Below are positions 1 to 13,900 of a stretch of 64,000 nt of DNA, piece by piece; the stretch's first letter is position 1; the number at the start of each line of letters is the position of its first letter. Origin of the DNA: Octopus vulgaris (lineage: Eukaryota); NCBI GenBank assembly GCA_951406725.2, contig OX597814.1:174158001-174222000 (forward strand), written 5' to 3'. The translations under genes were made by a program, and so were the position numbers. Below the pieces are notes generated by a model. It ran no database searches. It saw nothing but the letters and a program-made list of their open reading frames with translations, and had not been told where the DNA came from.

Positions 1-719
1 AAAAAAAAAATGAATCTCTAAACAAATGTAAGAAAGATTAACATGTTTGAAAAGTTCAAAATTTCCAAAGTTTGTAGAGACTTGTAAATAATTATTTTGT
101 TGCAACTTGTAAAATAAAGCCAAAGTGATACAGCTCTCCGTTTTGTTGTTCTTTCAAATTTGCATTAAAACTTTAAAAAACTGCATTAAAATGTTGTAGG
201 CATTTCAGGGGATAGCTCTCAGTGGATAGACTAAAAATGGCCTTCATAGAGAAAACTGTCCCTGTTCCCACTGCAGACAATACATGCACAGCATTACAAA
301 CACGGCCTGCACACCCACCTTCACATTCCATGATTACCATTGGGATCAATCAGGTACACACAAAGATTCTAGATTATTTTTCCGCTTTTTTTTTTTTGTT
401 TTTTTTTAAATTTTTGAGAGTGGTCAGGTTCATTTTTAGTATTCTCGTTTGTGAGAGCAGTTGAGTTTATTTCAGATATTCTCATTTTAAAAATCATCTC
501 CGACTAATTGAGAAGACATTGGTGTTGCCTTGGCAGAGGTTTATACTGAGTGCTCTTGGTACCATTGCTTTGAATCAGTCATTATATCATAGTTAAATGG
601 TTTTGCTGATGTGTTAATTTATTTTTAGAATGTAGGATAAGTATGAAAGGCTGGATCTGGCCTATTTAAATAAATGCTGAAGGGTTAGATGAATAAACAC
701 TTTAACAAAACAAAAGTAA

Positions 720-1132
720 CACAGTTGTATATTCCTTTATTTCAATTCAAGTGATATAAAATTTGAGCATTATATACAACAGTTGAATGGGAGAGAGTTA
801 AAGAAAGATTATTTCAATTTGTATTGTGAAAGCAAATTTACATTCATTCATTGTGAAAGCAGATTTATGTTCACATTCATTCACTCACTGTGAAAGCAGA
901 TTTATGTTCACATTCATTCATTCATTCACTGTGAAAGCAGATTTAGGTGCACATTCATTCACTGTGAAAGATTTAGGTTCGGATTCATTCGTTCACTGTG
1001 GAAGCAGATTTATATTCACATTCACTCGTTCACTGTGAAAGTAGATTTATGTTCACATTCAATCGTTCATTGTGAAAGCAGATTTATGTTCACATTCATT
1101 CACTGTGAAAGCAGATTTAGGTTCACATTCAC
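720..1132 (-). other. ASPM: Probable non-coding terminal 3'UTR exon of ASPM
   Basis: Donor CAG|gtgagg 11 nt after the stop codon (exon ends at 3811). Strong acceptor: T-rich tract then ttctgcag| at 1133. AATAAA on the minus strand at 736-741. The 3' end is approximate. Confidence 0.55.
825..1131. repeat. Tandem repeat, ~8-9 copies of a ~29-37 bp unit (GTGAAAGCAGATTTATGTTCACATTCATTCACT)
   Basis: Directly visible; unit length varies in 4-nt CATT/CACT steps. Confidence 0.9.
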
Positions 1133-2299
1133 CTGCAGAACAAACAAAAAATAAAAATCAGTCATGTTTCCAGAACCCATTTAAAGCAAGTTATACATAG
1201 AACAAAAAAAACATGTCACACCACAACATGAGGAAAGAAAAGAGAATTAGTTATTTCTTGATCATACTGAAACACAAATGCCTGCAAAATTTATTTTATA
1301 AAGTTCAAATACTAAAGTCAATTGCATACAGCATATACTGGTAAAATGTATTCGGACATTTCAAATCTGTATATCCATAACTTAAAAATACACAAATATT
1401 TAATATTTACAAAGAAGAAATTGTCAAAGAATGACAAAAACAGGTAAAATTTCAATATAACAAAATTTCAAATTTGTATTTAATATTTTCAAGAAAACTC
1501 AAACCATTGAATACTTAAAGTTAACACATGATTTTGTTTTTGTTTTTTTTTTTAATCTTGTCCAAACACTAAGAGAAAATAACTTGTATGTAAATTTATC
1601 TGAATAATTAACTGCCCCACTATGGCTCAAAATCTATGCTGGATTATCGTTTAATGCCTGCCTACTTGGCTTACCTTAGCTGCAACTCCGTCATAAAACA
1701 TTACACACAACCACTTAAAGGAATTGCACATTTGTGATCCTAGACAAGATAAGTTTAGCACATCGAGAAAGAGGACTAGAGCTTCGCAATAGCTATCCAA
1801 CAAAAAGTAATATCTACAAATAGTTTGAAGTCACAGCTGCAATTAAATATCAAGGTTATTTACAAAATGAAGTGAAGGACTGGAAAAATCTCAGCAGATA
1901 AAAAGAGAAAAAGTGAAAACATTGAAAATTTCGACTGTGCCAAGAGCCATACCAAAGTTGCACAAAAAAATAAATAAATAAATAAATAAAGTGGAGGTAC
2001 AAGTGAAAGAAATTTTAGAGTTTACAAGCTATCATGGTAATAATGTAACTGAGCAGCAAAGAAAAGGTTTTGAAAATGCTATCACAAGGTTTATCCAGAA
2101 ATGAAACTTCTTTTAAAACCACATACTAACCAACGAACAATGTTGTGCTTGTAAGTACCGTGTGTAGGTGACCTTAACTCTCAATCAAATAACAGCCACA
2201 TAACACTACATCTATTAGTCATCAAACAACTTGTGCTAATGTGAATGTTTTTATACATTCAGCAACTGCCATAAGCTGAATAAAAGAAGGATTTGGAAA

Positions 2300-2790
2300 G
2301 AGCAATGCTAATGTGGAGTTCTGTATTAAATTGTGAATAACTTTTATGAAGACCTCTCTAATGCTGCTGCAGCCCTATATGAAGGACTGGGCAGTACACA
2401 ATGTTACAAGTGGTATCAGCATTTCAAATTGGGAAGATGATGAAAATCAAAGGAAAATCCTAAATCTAGACAAACTTTCATGAAGACAGATGATCACATT
2501 GCAAAAATGTGGGCTGTAGTTTTTTTTGGAAATGTCACTTACTGGAAAGTTTGTGCTTATACATGTTACCACAAAATTTGTCATATCAGCAGATATATGA
2601 ACAAAAACAGTTCTGAGTCAGTCTGTTAGGAGCCTTTTGATTGCTCAAATAAAGATGAAAATTTTTTTGAAAAGTGTAACGATAGGTGACAAAATGTAGG
2701 TGTATGATTAGGATCTTGAAACAAAAAGGCAGGGGCCAATTTCAAATGATAGGAAAGATCAAAATAACTTTGCTATAAGAACTCTGTACT
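2300..2790 (+). mobile_element. Degenerate mariner transposase remnant
   Basis: Traces of the N-terminal 'ANVEFCIKL...TQCYKWYQHFK' and a first-catalytic-D block resembling TGDETWVYxYDPETK at ~2680-2730; stops and frameshifts. Confidence 0.6.
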
Positions 2791-3821
2791 AAACCTGAAA
2801 ACAAGTTCCAACTGCACAAAATAGTCATCATCATATAAAAGAAAAGATAGCATCGTTATCAAGCAATCCTTCATTTGGTATACATATAAGTCTGGTGGTG
2901 TACGAAAGAAGATCTACAAAAGCTAAAATGGATTCAAATCAACCATGAAAATATCAAGTTGTGTGGCCTGTTGAGTATTGAAAGCACTTAACTGGCAAGT
3001 AATAAAGATTCTGAGGGTAAAAGAACCATTTGTTTGAGCAATAACCAGCACATATAGTTATGAATAGTTTAACAGTAACGAAAAAAAAAAAAATTAAAAT
3101 TGCTTTTTGTGGTGGGGAAAAAACCCAGCATTCGAAATACAAAAAGCAAGTAGAATATGTAACAAGGGTGTTTACTCGATAACTGATGATTCAGAATTCT
3201 TTTAAGTTTAGAGAGACAAAAAAAAATCTAAAACAAATATTACTTAAAATATATAATCTCTATGATTATATTTTGCTTGTAATGTCTAACATACACAAAA
3301 AAAGCTATATGACAGAACTCTATTTTCTTTTTTAACCTAATAAACCCAGAAGAAAGGGCTTCCCAAATTTATAACCAAAAATACAAACATCTGTTAAAAC
3401 AGACAGCCAACAGTACTGAAAAAACAATCTAATTCCATTTAAGAAATTGCATTAGTGCTATAAATTTTTTATTGGAGTCAAGATTTTATGTAATTATTAT
3501 TATTATTACTACTGTATCTATTAAAATTACATTGACTATATACATATAGTCAATGTTCCTGAAATGGAACTGTTAAGTTATAAAAGTAAAATGTTAATTC
3601 TAATATCTTTATATTGACTAATTATTTCATTTCAATGTTATTTTTACTTATTTCTGTTAAATTTTAATTATTTAATCCCCCAAATACTTTGTACATGTGC
3701 ATGTGTGTAGAAAAAGTGAAAATGAAATTGGTCACAATTTTGAATGCATTGCACCCATACATGCAGGAATATATGGGTGTAAATGTTTAACAAAAGGTTT
3801 TCTGCCTCACCTGAATTTTTT

Positions 3822-4130
3822 TTACATTTTCAAGTTTTTAGGTAACTGTTTAGGGAGTTTGTCTTGTAGACCAAGACAATATATTAAATATGTCATTGCT
3901 TTTAATGGTTCCTCAAATTCTTGCAATTTTTTCTTGCCAAGCAACCAGTCTGGACCAATCTTAGAAAGAACAGTATTTTCGTAAAATGGGCAAGCATCTT
4001 TTGCAGCTACTAGCCGAGCTCTCGTCACAATTCTAGTTTCTTCTTGCTTGTATTTCCGTACAGTCAATTTATACAGCGACAGGATTTTCTCCACAAACTG
4101 CTGCCGAGATAGTAACTCATCCATTCTACC
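3822..4130 (-). CDS. ASPM: ASPM exon 25 (last coding exon, TAA)
   Basis: GRMDELL...KILSLYKLT...[20 protein letters not shown]...; TAA at 3824-3822. Confidence 0.93.
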   Translation of the reverse strand, partial: GRMDELLSRQQFVEKILSLYKLTVRKYKQEETRIVTRARLVAAKDACPFYENTVLSKIGPDWLLGKKKLQEFEEPLKAMTYLIYCLGLQDKLPKQLPKNLKM

Positions 4131-6861
4131 CTGAAATTATATCCACAAAACCAATAAGAAATCTGTTTCAGTATATGAACATGTATGCATATATGGCTGG
4201 GCTACTATGAAGAGGGAAGAACATAAATTAGCTACATTGCTAGAGAATATCCAAAATGAATTCAAGAATGGAGCAGAGTGAATGACGTGATCACAGAATA
4301 CTAAAAACACAGATTCCAATAGGCTAGATATGTTGGAAGACACTTGCTCAAGGTGCCAAGCAGTGGGACTGAATCCAGAACCATGCCTACTGTATTATTT
4401 GAAAATCAGTAGTAAAAGGTGTGAAAAGAACTATATTTAAGGAAATAGAATTGATGATATCAGATGCAGTAATAGAATTGGAATGAGATGCAGTTAACTA
4501 GTTAACCATTTTTTAATCTAACAATAAAACATGAAAGTAGTAACAGTAATATATATAGGTTTACTAAATGCTAGAAAGCAAAAATATGAAACCACTATGG
4601 CATTTATGTGATGCTTGAGAAAAAGACCAATAGGCTAGATATGTTGCAAAGTTCACAGACAACAGGTGGAGCCTTCCTGTTACCAAGTGGTATCCAAGAT
4701 ATCAGAAAAGGCCACTTGGAAGACCTCCATAGCAATGGGAAGACAATTTAGTTAAACGATTGAGGCCAGGATGGAAGAGAATGGTGCAACCAAGTAAGAA
4801 TTGGAAGTGCATTGTGACCAGCGATGTATAACAGCTGATTGAGTATGCATCGTCATCATTTAACGTCCATTTTCCGTGCTAGCATGGGTTGGATAGTTTG
4901 ACCAGGGTCTGGGAAGCCAGGAGACTGCACCAGGCTCCAGTCTGATCTGGCAGTGTTTCTACAGCTGGATGCCCTTCCTAACGCCAACCACTCCATGAGT
5001 GTAGTGAGTGCTTTTTACACGCCACTGGCACAGGTTCCAGGGGAGGCTGGCAAATGCATGGATATGTACAGATGACTGCACATTAATAGATGAGAGTGTA
5101 CATACATAGATATGAGCACACATGTAGTGCATATATGAGTGTAAGTATGCAGACATGAACAAGTAGAAGAGCAGGATATGCTAACTCCAGCTTATATCAA
5201 CATTTTACTCTCAAAATAAGTGAAAAGCAGCAAAAAAAAATATTTACCTTTTCCTTCAGATCTAAAGCTATACTTCCCAACAATATACAAGATTTGGAGA
5301 AAACCAAGCCCTTTTCTCGGAAAACCATCATGACATTGAGAAGAATGTCTATAGCATCTGGGCGGGAATGATAAACAGACTCAATGGTTGGAGCATACTG
5401 GAAAGAGAAAGACAAGAATTAAATGTTTTTATATTTGTAATCTAACTGAATAAATAAGCTAAAAATATCCAATTACATGAAAAGCCTTTTCAATATAACA
5501 TTTAAATTGGCAAGCTTTACTATGAAGGCTTCATATTTTAACTCATCATCATCGTTTGACGTCCGCTTTCCATGCTAGCATGGGTTGGACGGTTCAACTG
5601 GGGTCTGGGAAGCCCGAAGGCTGCACCAGGCCAGTCAGATCTGGCAGTGTTTCTACAGCTGGATGCCCTTCCTAACGCCAACCACTCCGAGAGTGTAGTG
5701 GGTGATTTTATGTGCCACCGACACAGGTGCCAGACGAGGCTGGCAGACGGCCACGCTCGGATGGTGTTTTCTTATGTGTCACCGACACAGGTGCCAGACG
5801 AGGCTGGCGAACGGCCACGCTCAGATGGTGTTTGTTACGTGCCCTCAGCACGGAGGCCAGCAGTTTGAAAATATATCATCATCATTGTTTAACGTCCGTT
5901 TTCCATGCTAACATGGGTTGGACGGTTCGACCAGGGTCTGGGAAGCCAGGAGGCTGCACCAGGCTCCAGTCTGATCTGGCAGTGTTTCTACAGTTGGATG
6001 CCCTTCCTAATGCCAACCGCTCCATGAGTGTAGTGGGTGCTTATTACGTGCCACTGGCACGGAAGCCGGTCAAGGCGGCGCTGGCATCAGCCACGTTCGG
6101 ATGGTGCTTTTTATGTGCCACCGGTACAGGTATCACAACTACAATTCCCATTTGATTTTTGATGTTAATGTACTTGACTCAATAGGTCTCCTCAAGCACA
6201 GCAGGTCGCCCTACGATCCAAGGTAAGCTCAGCAGGCCGTCCTGCGTTCCAAGGCACTTGGATCGGCTGGGGCTTCTATGTGAAGCTGGTGCAAGAAACA
6301 GCCATGAACTCACATTATTTGTCAGGTCTTCGCAGTCACAGCATATCTCCAGAGGTCTCAGTCTTTCATCATTGTCTCTGTGAGACCCAACGTTCGAAGT
6401 TCAGGCTTGCATCATACATAGTTTTTTTTTTTTTTTTTCAAAATTGATAAGGGTTTCATGGATTAGTTCTAGTACAACATCTCACCACTTGTTAGTCTTT
6501 CTTACAAAAGACTGCAACAGATGGCAACAACAGAATTATTACTCACTTTGCTGCTTTCATTGTGGGTACATATGATGGCATGCAAGCTAAGCAAATAATG
6601 TTATGCTCTCTAGAAAATTATGAGAAACTATCTCATCTTCATTTTAATATCTACTTTTCCATGCAGACTTCTATGGTTGGATGCCCTTCCTGTTGCCAAC
6701 CCTCATCTATTTCCGAGCAAGGTAATATTTCCCCATTGCAAGACATGCTTAGTGAAGAATATTGGAAATGAATGACATTGGTTGTATGACAATGAAAATC
6801 ATTTTACAACTCATGTCATGTCAAAACCAAGATACAGATGTGTGTGTGTGTGTGTGAATCT

Positions 6862-6912
<51 letters not shown>

Positions 6913-9900
6913 GAGTTTTCTTTCAGTTTCCATCAACCAAATCCATTCACAAGGCTATAGTCAGCCAGGGTCCATAGTTGATGCTCATAGAAGATCCATA
7001 TTCTTTAAGATGGAAGGGAAATATCTCTAGCATGCCAAGCAACCACATCAGGGTTCCCTCATTAGCCCCAGATTCATATTGGCAGTGAGACCAGTTATCA
7101 AGGCTTAAGTGTGGAACAGCTGGAAGAGTAACTACCTAATTGATGACTGATAGCTATCTTTCATCTTTTAGTCATTGCAGTCATTATACTGTGGCCATGC
7201 AGAAGCACCACCTTGAGGAATTTTTGTAGAAATCATGCTGAATCAGACTGGAGTCTGGTGTAGCCTTCCAGCTGGTCAGCCCTGGTCAAACCATCCAGCC
7301 CATGCCAACATGGACAACAGATGTTAAATGATGATGACAATCTTAAGTTATGCCTACCACTGAAAATCATAGGTGAATTGTACAAACCTTTGCTAAATTC
7401 AGAAATATTTGTATGCTGTATTTAATGAGTTCCATGTGAGGAACACTGCGGTTACAGCCTTTTACTATGTTGTATATCACCGGAATAGCATTTTCCCTAG
7501 CCAACTGGAGACAACACACGGGAGATAGACGAGAAGCAGCTTCTGCAGGAGAAAAAGATTTTATTCAGATCAGAATATAGTTAGAAAAAAAACTCTGAAG
7601 TATTGCATAATGCAATAACACAAAGTTAGAGGGAAATTCTTTAGAGTGGTAGACAAATAAATTGAGAAATACTATCTATTAAAAGATTCAGGCAGTTATA
7701 TGTATAGTCAAAAGTAAAGAAAGTAAAATAGGTAATTCTCTATGAAAGTAAAGTGTTGTTATCTTGTTCTGTAGAGCAAAATATGCAGGAAGAGAGAGAG
7801 AGTTTTCCTGAGGTGGGGGCATGAAATTATCAGTCAGGTACTTTACATTCTTCTAAAGGCAGTGTTACAAAGATGTGCTAAATACAGGAACAGTTAAGTG
7901 AAATGATAGTATTTCAACTCTGTAGCAAGTTCAAAAATGGATAAAATTCAGAGTAGTGGTGGTTGATTAATATTAATCAAAATAGAGAGAAACTAAAATT
8001 ATTTAAAAATCTAATAAGTGACAAGATTTGACATATGGAGAAAAATGGGACTGGTAAGCTGATGTGACAGTATACAGTCACATTTTAGTATACTAAGAAG
8101 AAGCTAGCTCAATTGGTTATCAAGTACCTAATAAATAATATTGGGTTGGTGCATAATTATTGCGGTTTTTTACAACAAATTTTATTCAACAGAAACAATA
8201 ACAATATTTAACAAAAACATCTTTAAATGACAGTCTGACCATCTGCCAAGCAAATGGGAAGCAGTAATTGAAGTAGATGGTGAATCATCATCATCATCAT
8301 CATTTAACGTCCGCTTTCCATGCTAGCATGAGTTGGACGATTTGACTGAGGACTGGTAAGCCAGTAGGCTGCACCAGGCTCCAATCTGATCGGGCAGAGT
8401 TTCTACAGCTGGATGCCCTTCCTAACGCCAACCACTCCAAGAGCGTAGTGGGTGCTTTAAAAGTGCCACTGGCACGAGGGCCAGTTTGGCAGTACTGGCA
8501 ATGGCCATGCTCAAAAATGGTGTTTTTTGACATGCCACCTGCATAGGGGTCAGTCCAGCAGCACTGGCAACGACCTCGCTCGAACGAGGCGACACTGACA
8601 ACAATCACGCTCAAATGGTGCTCTTTACGTGCCGCTCCAGAATAATCATTTAAAGATGTTTTTGTTACATATTGTTTTTGTGGAATAAAATTTGTTAGAA
8701 AAAAAAAAAGCCGCAATAATTATGCACCAACCCAATAATTATAAAATTTTAACTATGAATTTTAACAGATACAATTTAACAGCAACACCTAGGATAAATT
8801 TGGGCAGGAAGTAAATGAAAACAAGACACACAATTGCAAGTTTAAACCTTACTTTGAAACTTAGAAATGAGCAAGAGAAATAACTGTATGTTTTATTTTA
8901 GTATGTCTCATAAATCAGACTCGTTTCAGTGTTTACTTAAGTAGTTAACTATTAGGAAAAGGCAACCACTATTAAATTAATTGCTCTAACAATATTCAAG
9001 TATTTAAACTCTTAGCATTTTTGAGAAAAGTCTATATTTACGAAGTTATTTCGTTAATTTTAACCAATCAATGACGTGTATTCAGCTAAATAAAATTACT
9101 GCTGTTGTTTGTCAACAACAACTTCCGACGGTTTATGTTTCGTTTGTCACTGTTATTTACGATATATTTCATCTCAGTTACGTTTGTATGAATAAACGAG
9201 TGTATCTGAACCATGTTTACTTCATGGCACCACCATAATCGTTCGTGCTTCATTTTTCATCTTTTCCCGTAACTCCAACCCTAAAACTCCAACACCCCAA
9301 AACCCTAAAGCTAAAACCAGTACAATCGCACAAATGATGCCATAAATAACAGTGACAAATGAAATATACACCGCCTATAGTTCTTGTTGACAAACAACAG
9401 CAGTAATTTTATTCAGCTGAATACACGTCATTGATTGGTTGAAATTACCGAAATACGACAACTTTAAAATGAAATAACTTCGTAAATATAAGTTTTTCTC
9501 AAAAACACTAAGAGTAAACGATATTTTATATGACACATTCTACTAGTGTCCGAAGTTTGAAAGTGTTTAGTTACAAAAAATTATTTTCTAAATCTGCCGG
9601 TCAAAAGGTAAAGATCAAAATCAAACAATATATATAAACAGATTGCAAATTTTCTATTTTCCATATCACTGAAAATTAAAATAGTATCAAATTTTGACTT
9701 AAGGCCAGCAATTTTTGGAGGTAGGGATTAGTAAATTACAGAGACCCCCACCCGTACTTTATGAAGCCCAAAAGGATACCTCAGCAGTATTTGAACTCAG
9801 GATGTACAGTTCCAGAAGAAATACCACAAATCATTCTGATACTCTAATGATTCTGCCAGCTCACTTGCCTTAATAAGGAGAAACAACAAAGATAATTGCC

Positions 9901-10943
9901 ACTAACCGAGGTTCACAAGGGCATGGAGTACATCAGAAAGCTGTTTGAATTTCATTAATTGATCAAAACCCTCAGCAAATCTACTAATTAACTTCTTGTC
10001 CTCAGTTGCTTCCTTTGTTACAGCTAACAAACGTTGCCTCAACTTAGTAATAGTCTGTTTGCTCTGACATCGGACTTTATAACCTCTCCAGCAACTCTGG
10101 AAAAGAAAAGCAAAAAGGAATTAAGAACAATAAATCATTCTGATGCTTTTATGCACAATTTTTTTAAAAAAAGCAGGAGAAAGAGAGAATGTAAGAGACA
10201 AATTGGCACAAAAGCATTTACAAAAATCATCAAACAAAAAATAAAGCTAACTAGATACATATCTGAAACATATGGGAATGAATGAACAGAGACAAGCTCA
10301 TTTAAAGGATTTACAATCAGTACACAAATAAATAAGTGGTTCATAATAATGTGGTCAATGAATATCGTCAGCGCCACCCCGACTGGCCTCCGTGCCGGTG
10401 GCACGTAAAAAGCACCATCCGATTGTGGCCGTTTGCCAGCCTCATCTGGCACCTGTGCAGGTGGCACGTAAAAAGCACCCACTACACTCACGGAGTGGTT
10501 GGCGTTAGGAAGGGCATCCAGCTGTAGAAACGCTGCCAGATCAGACTGGGCCTGGTGCAGTCTTCTGGCTTCCCCGACCCCAGCTGAACCGTCCAACCCA
10601 TGCTAGCATGGAAAACGGACGTTAAACGATGATGATGATGATGTAGCCTAGCTACAAAGGCTTGTGTCACCGTTTATACCTGAACTATGGTTATGCTATT
10701 TGTAGCAATAGCTCAGTGTATATTGTAAACATTCAGAGACATTTGTGCACATGTGTACATGCAATGGATGTTTACGTCCAGCAAATTCCCTCACAAGCCT
10801 GGTCAGCCCAAAGCCATATAGTAAAAGATATTTGTCCAAAGTGCCACATAGTGAAACATCACGATAAGCTGCACCCAGTACACTGGGGTGGTCAGTGTTA
10901 GGAAGGACATCCAAAATATGTCAATGGAAGGCGGACATTAAAC

Positions 10944-10977
<34 letters not shown>

Positions 10978-13900
10978 TCCTTCTGTAGTACATCTAGGAG
11001 GGCAGTGACTTCAAATATGAACTTAAACCATGGCGACTTGTCCAACACATGTAACATTTTTAATTGATTACATGAGGAAGAGCATCCAGCCGTGCAATCT
11101 AAGCCAGATCAGACTGGAACTTGGTGCAGCTCTCCAACCGATGCCAGCATGAAAAGCAGACACTAAATGATGATTTTAACCTAACTGAAATAAACAGGAG
11201 TCAGAGTATTACCTTGGCACACTTCGGTGTTGTGGTCATGAGAAAGTCACACAATTCTGCCTACCTTAGTTTACCCCGATATATTTTAGGGTTGAATGGA
11301 TTACAGTAAAAAAAATAGTAAAAACATGCTGTAATGAAACCCAGGGTCCTGCCTTAGCTAATTGGGACAAATATGAAAAAAGCATACCACAAATAAAACA
11401 AAATAACTTGGCTAATAAAAACAAAACATTTACAATAACTGTATTAAAAAACAGCCATTTACTTGTATAAGAGTAGCATTATGATGTAGTTTTTTGACAC
11501 GCTTTCTGACGATCCACCCTCTCATTATACGTTGAATGAGTTGAGCTGCATGATCTCGCCTTTTCAGATACTGCTGGAGATAACGCTCAATCGTCAAGAT
11601 GGCACTCTTCTTCCTTTCAAAAAGTCTTCTCGCATAAAAAGCACGGATATTTGTCTGAAAAATTTAGAAATAGCATTATATAGTAATCAAGAGGAAGTGT
11701 GAGTATCCATGATGAATGCAGGTCTGAGACTAATGCAGTTGTCGTTCACTATGAACATCTGAAATGGATATCAGAAAGAATTTCAGGAGACTTATGTTCT
11801 ACAATGCTCTGTGATGCCATACAGATTGGCATAACATTTCATATGTACAGGAAAAGGATATAGAAACTGCATAATGCTTGTTTAGAAGAGTGGGGGAAGA
11901 GTAACTAAAGCAAATACTTTAGTCACTAATTTCTACAAAATACAAATTTTAGTGCAGATAAACCCAACTATTCAGTGTTAAGTATTTGCTTTAGTCACTC
12001 CTCCACACTCTGCCATTCATGAAAATAAGATATAGAAGTATATGTGATATATACTTATGTTTCATTCTTGAATGAAGCCATCAAGTACTTGTTTTAATGA
12101 ACTGGTCATTTAGAACAAACTACACAGGCTCATAACAATAGCTATGTGAACACCGGTCAAGTTGTAAAAATAGCAACCAAATTTCCATCAGCACCCTACT
12201 ATCTTAAAGGCAAGATGCATTAAACAGTGTGGACCCTGATATTCAAAAAGATGGAATGGTCATGACTAGAATGTGTATGGATCATACGTATTTAATTACA
12301 GCTGACTGAGTAAAACAAATGAAGGTAATGTATGATATATCTAAATAAACCTAATAAATTCTGCATTTGTTGGTGATTTTATATATTTAACCTTTTCATT
12401 ACTGTATTTATTTTGAGATGTTCTGTGTTTCTTTAAATATAACAAAGAATTTAGTAAAATAACTTAGTTATCATTCAGCTAATGTTAGGAACATAAATTG
12501 TGACTAAGGTTTGGTGGAAGATTTTAATTAAAACCTTATGAAAACAACAGAGCCAGAGCCGGTTTCATCTTGAATTCAGCATATTTTTCTGTTTTGACTC
12601 TTTTTCAATGGTATTTTAATTTCACTTACTGAGTGCAAGCATGGCTGTGTGGCTAAGTTCACTTCCCAATTACATTTCAGGTTCAAAAATATTTATTAGC
12701 AACAGAGGGAGTAATAATTCCGAGAGGTAATATTTATCTCCACTCTAACAAGGACATTCTGTTACAACAAACTTTCCTGCAGTAGTTACAATGAGAAAAT
12801 CTTCATATTGGCTTTTGGTGCAAAATGCATTCTAGTTCATATTGCTTAGCAGAGAGGTAAATCCCCACCACCTTCAGCACAGAGTCTACCACATCACTTG
12901 ATTTCGACCTTCCTTGGTCTTATCAAGGATTAACACTTGACAGCTAGAGATGTTCTAGCAGAACCTCCACATACTAAGTGAGGATAAACATTGCCTCCCA
13001 TCATTTCAAGTTCAGTTTCGCTAAACAGCACCTTGTGCTTTCTACTATAGCCCCGTGCCAACCAAAGACTAGAGAAGATTTAGCAAATAGATACTGAAAA
13101 AATCTTATCATATGTATCATCGTAGTGTCTATTTTTCCATGCTTGTAGAAGTCAGATGAGAGAGTGGTATCTAGTATAATTAAAAATTTTTAGTGCTTTT
13201 TTTTCTATCACTTGTTTCAGTCATTTGACTGCAGCCATGAAGGTTTTGACTGCACCTTGAAAGGTTTTAGTCAAACAAATCAACCTCGTGACTTTCTTTT
13301 TTCAGCCTAGTACTAATTCTGTCTCTTTTGCCAAACTGCTTAGTTATGGGGATGGAAGCACATCACTAGCTGTCAAGCAGTGATTGGGGGGGGGGGACAG
13401 ACAAACACACACACACATTTATGTACACTAACAAGGCTTTGGTCAGCCTGAGGCTATAAGTAAAAGACACTTGCCCAAGGTGCCATGCTGTTGAACTGAA
13501 CCCAGAACCATGTAGTTGCGAAGCAAGCTTCTTACCACAGAACCACACCTGTGCCAATGAGGATAAAAACCAATTAAAATGTTTACATACTTGTATCACA
13601 ATAGCTGCTGCTGTTTGTTTGGCCAAACATTTTCTAACCAGCCAACCACGGATGCAGGACTGTATTACTGTGGCAGCTTGATGCCTACGATGTAACCAGC
13701 GACGACAATATTTCTGCACAGTACAAACTGCATTTAATTTCTTTGTCCGTGTTTTAAGCAACCAATATTCAGCAGGAACCTGAAAGAAATATTACAATCT
13801 TAATCATCTTCAGTGCTTTAAATTGTTTTTCAAGATAAACTGAATCAAAATAATTTGCTGTATATATATATATATAAAAATCATTCCATGTGAGATTCAA

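Noticed and set aside
200-464. Exon of a convergent plus-strand gene / the 80-aa ORF
   Set aside because: All frames from the AG at 199 close quickly and the peptide is not recognisable; it cannot be supported.
190-690. Telomerase RNA or H/ACA RNA on the minus strand (CTAACCCT at ~681-688; hairpin followed by ACA near 197)
   Set aside because: The template-like 8-mer is the terminus of a piggyBac-type MITE seen elsewhere in the window, and there is no convincing H box or pseudoknot.
4316-4646. 20-bp direct repeat CCAATAGGCTAGATATGTTG as a TSD
   Set aside because: The enclosed sequence is not a coherent element, and one copy lies inside an RTE fragment; too short to interpret.
5572-6155. Recurrent '[17 protein letters not shown]' ORFs (also 10135, 26661, 42685, 58606, 62784) as a gene family
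   Set aside because: They are antisense translations of the RTE 3'UTR repeat.
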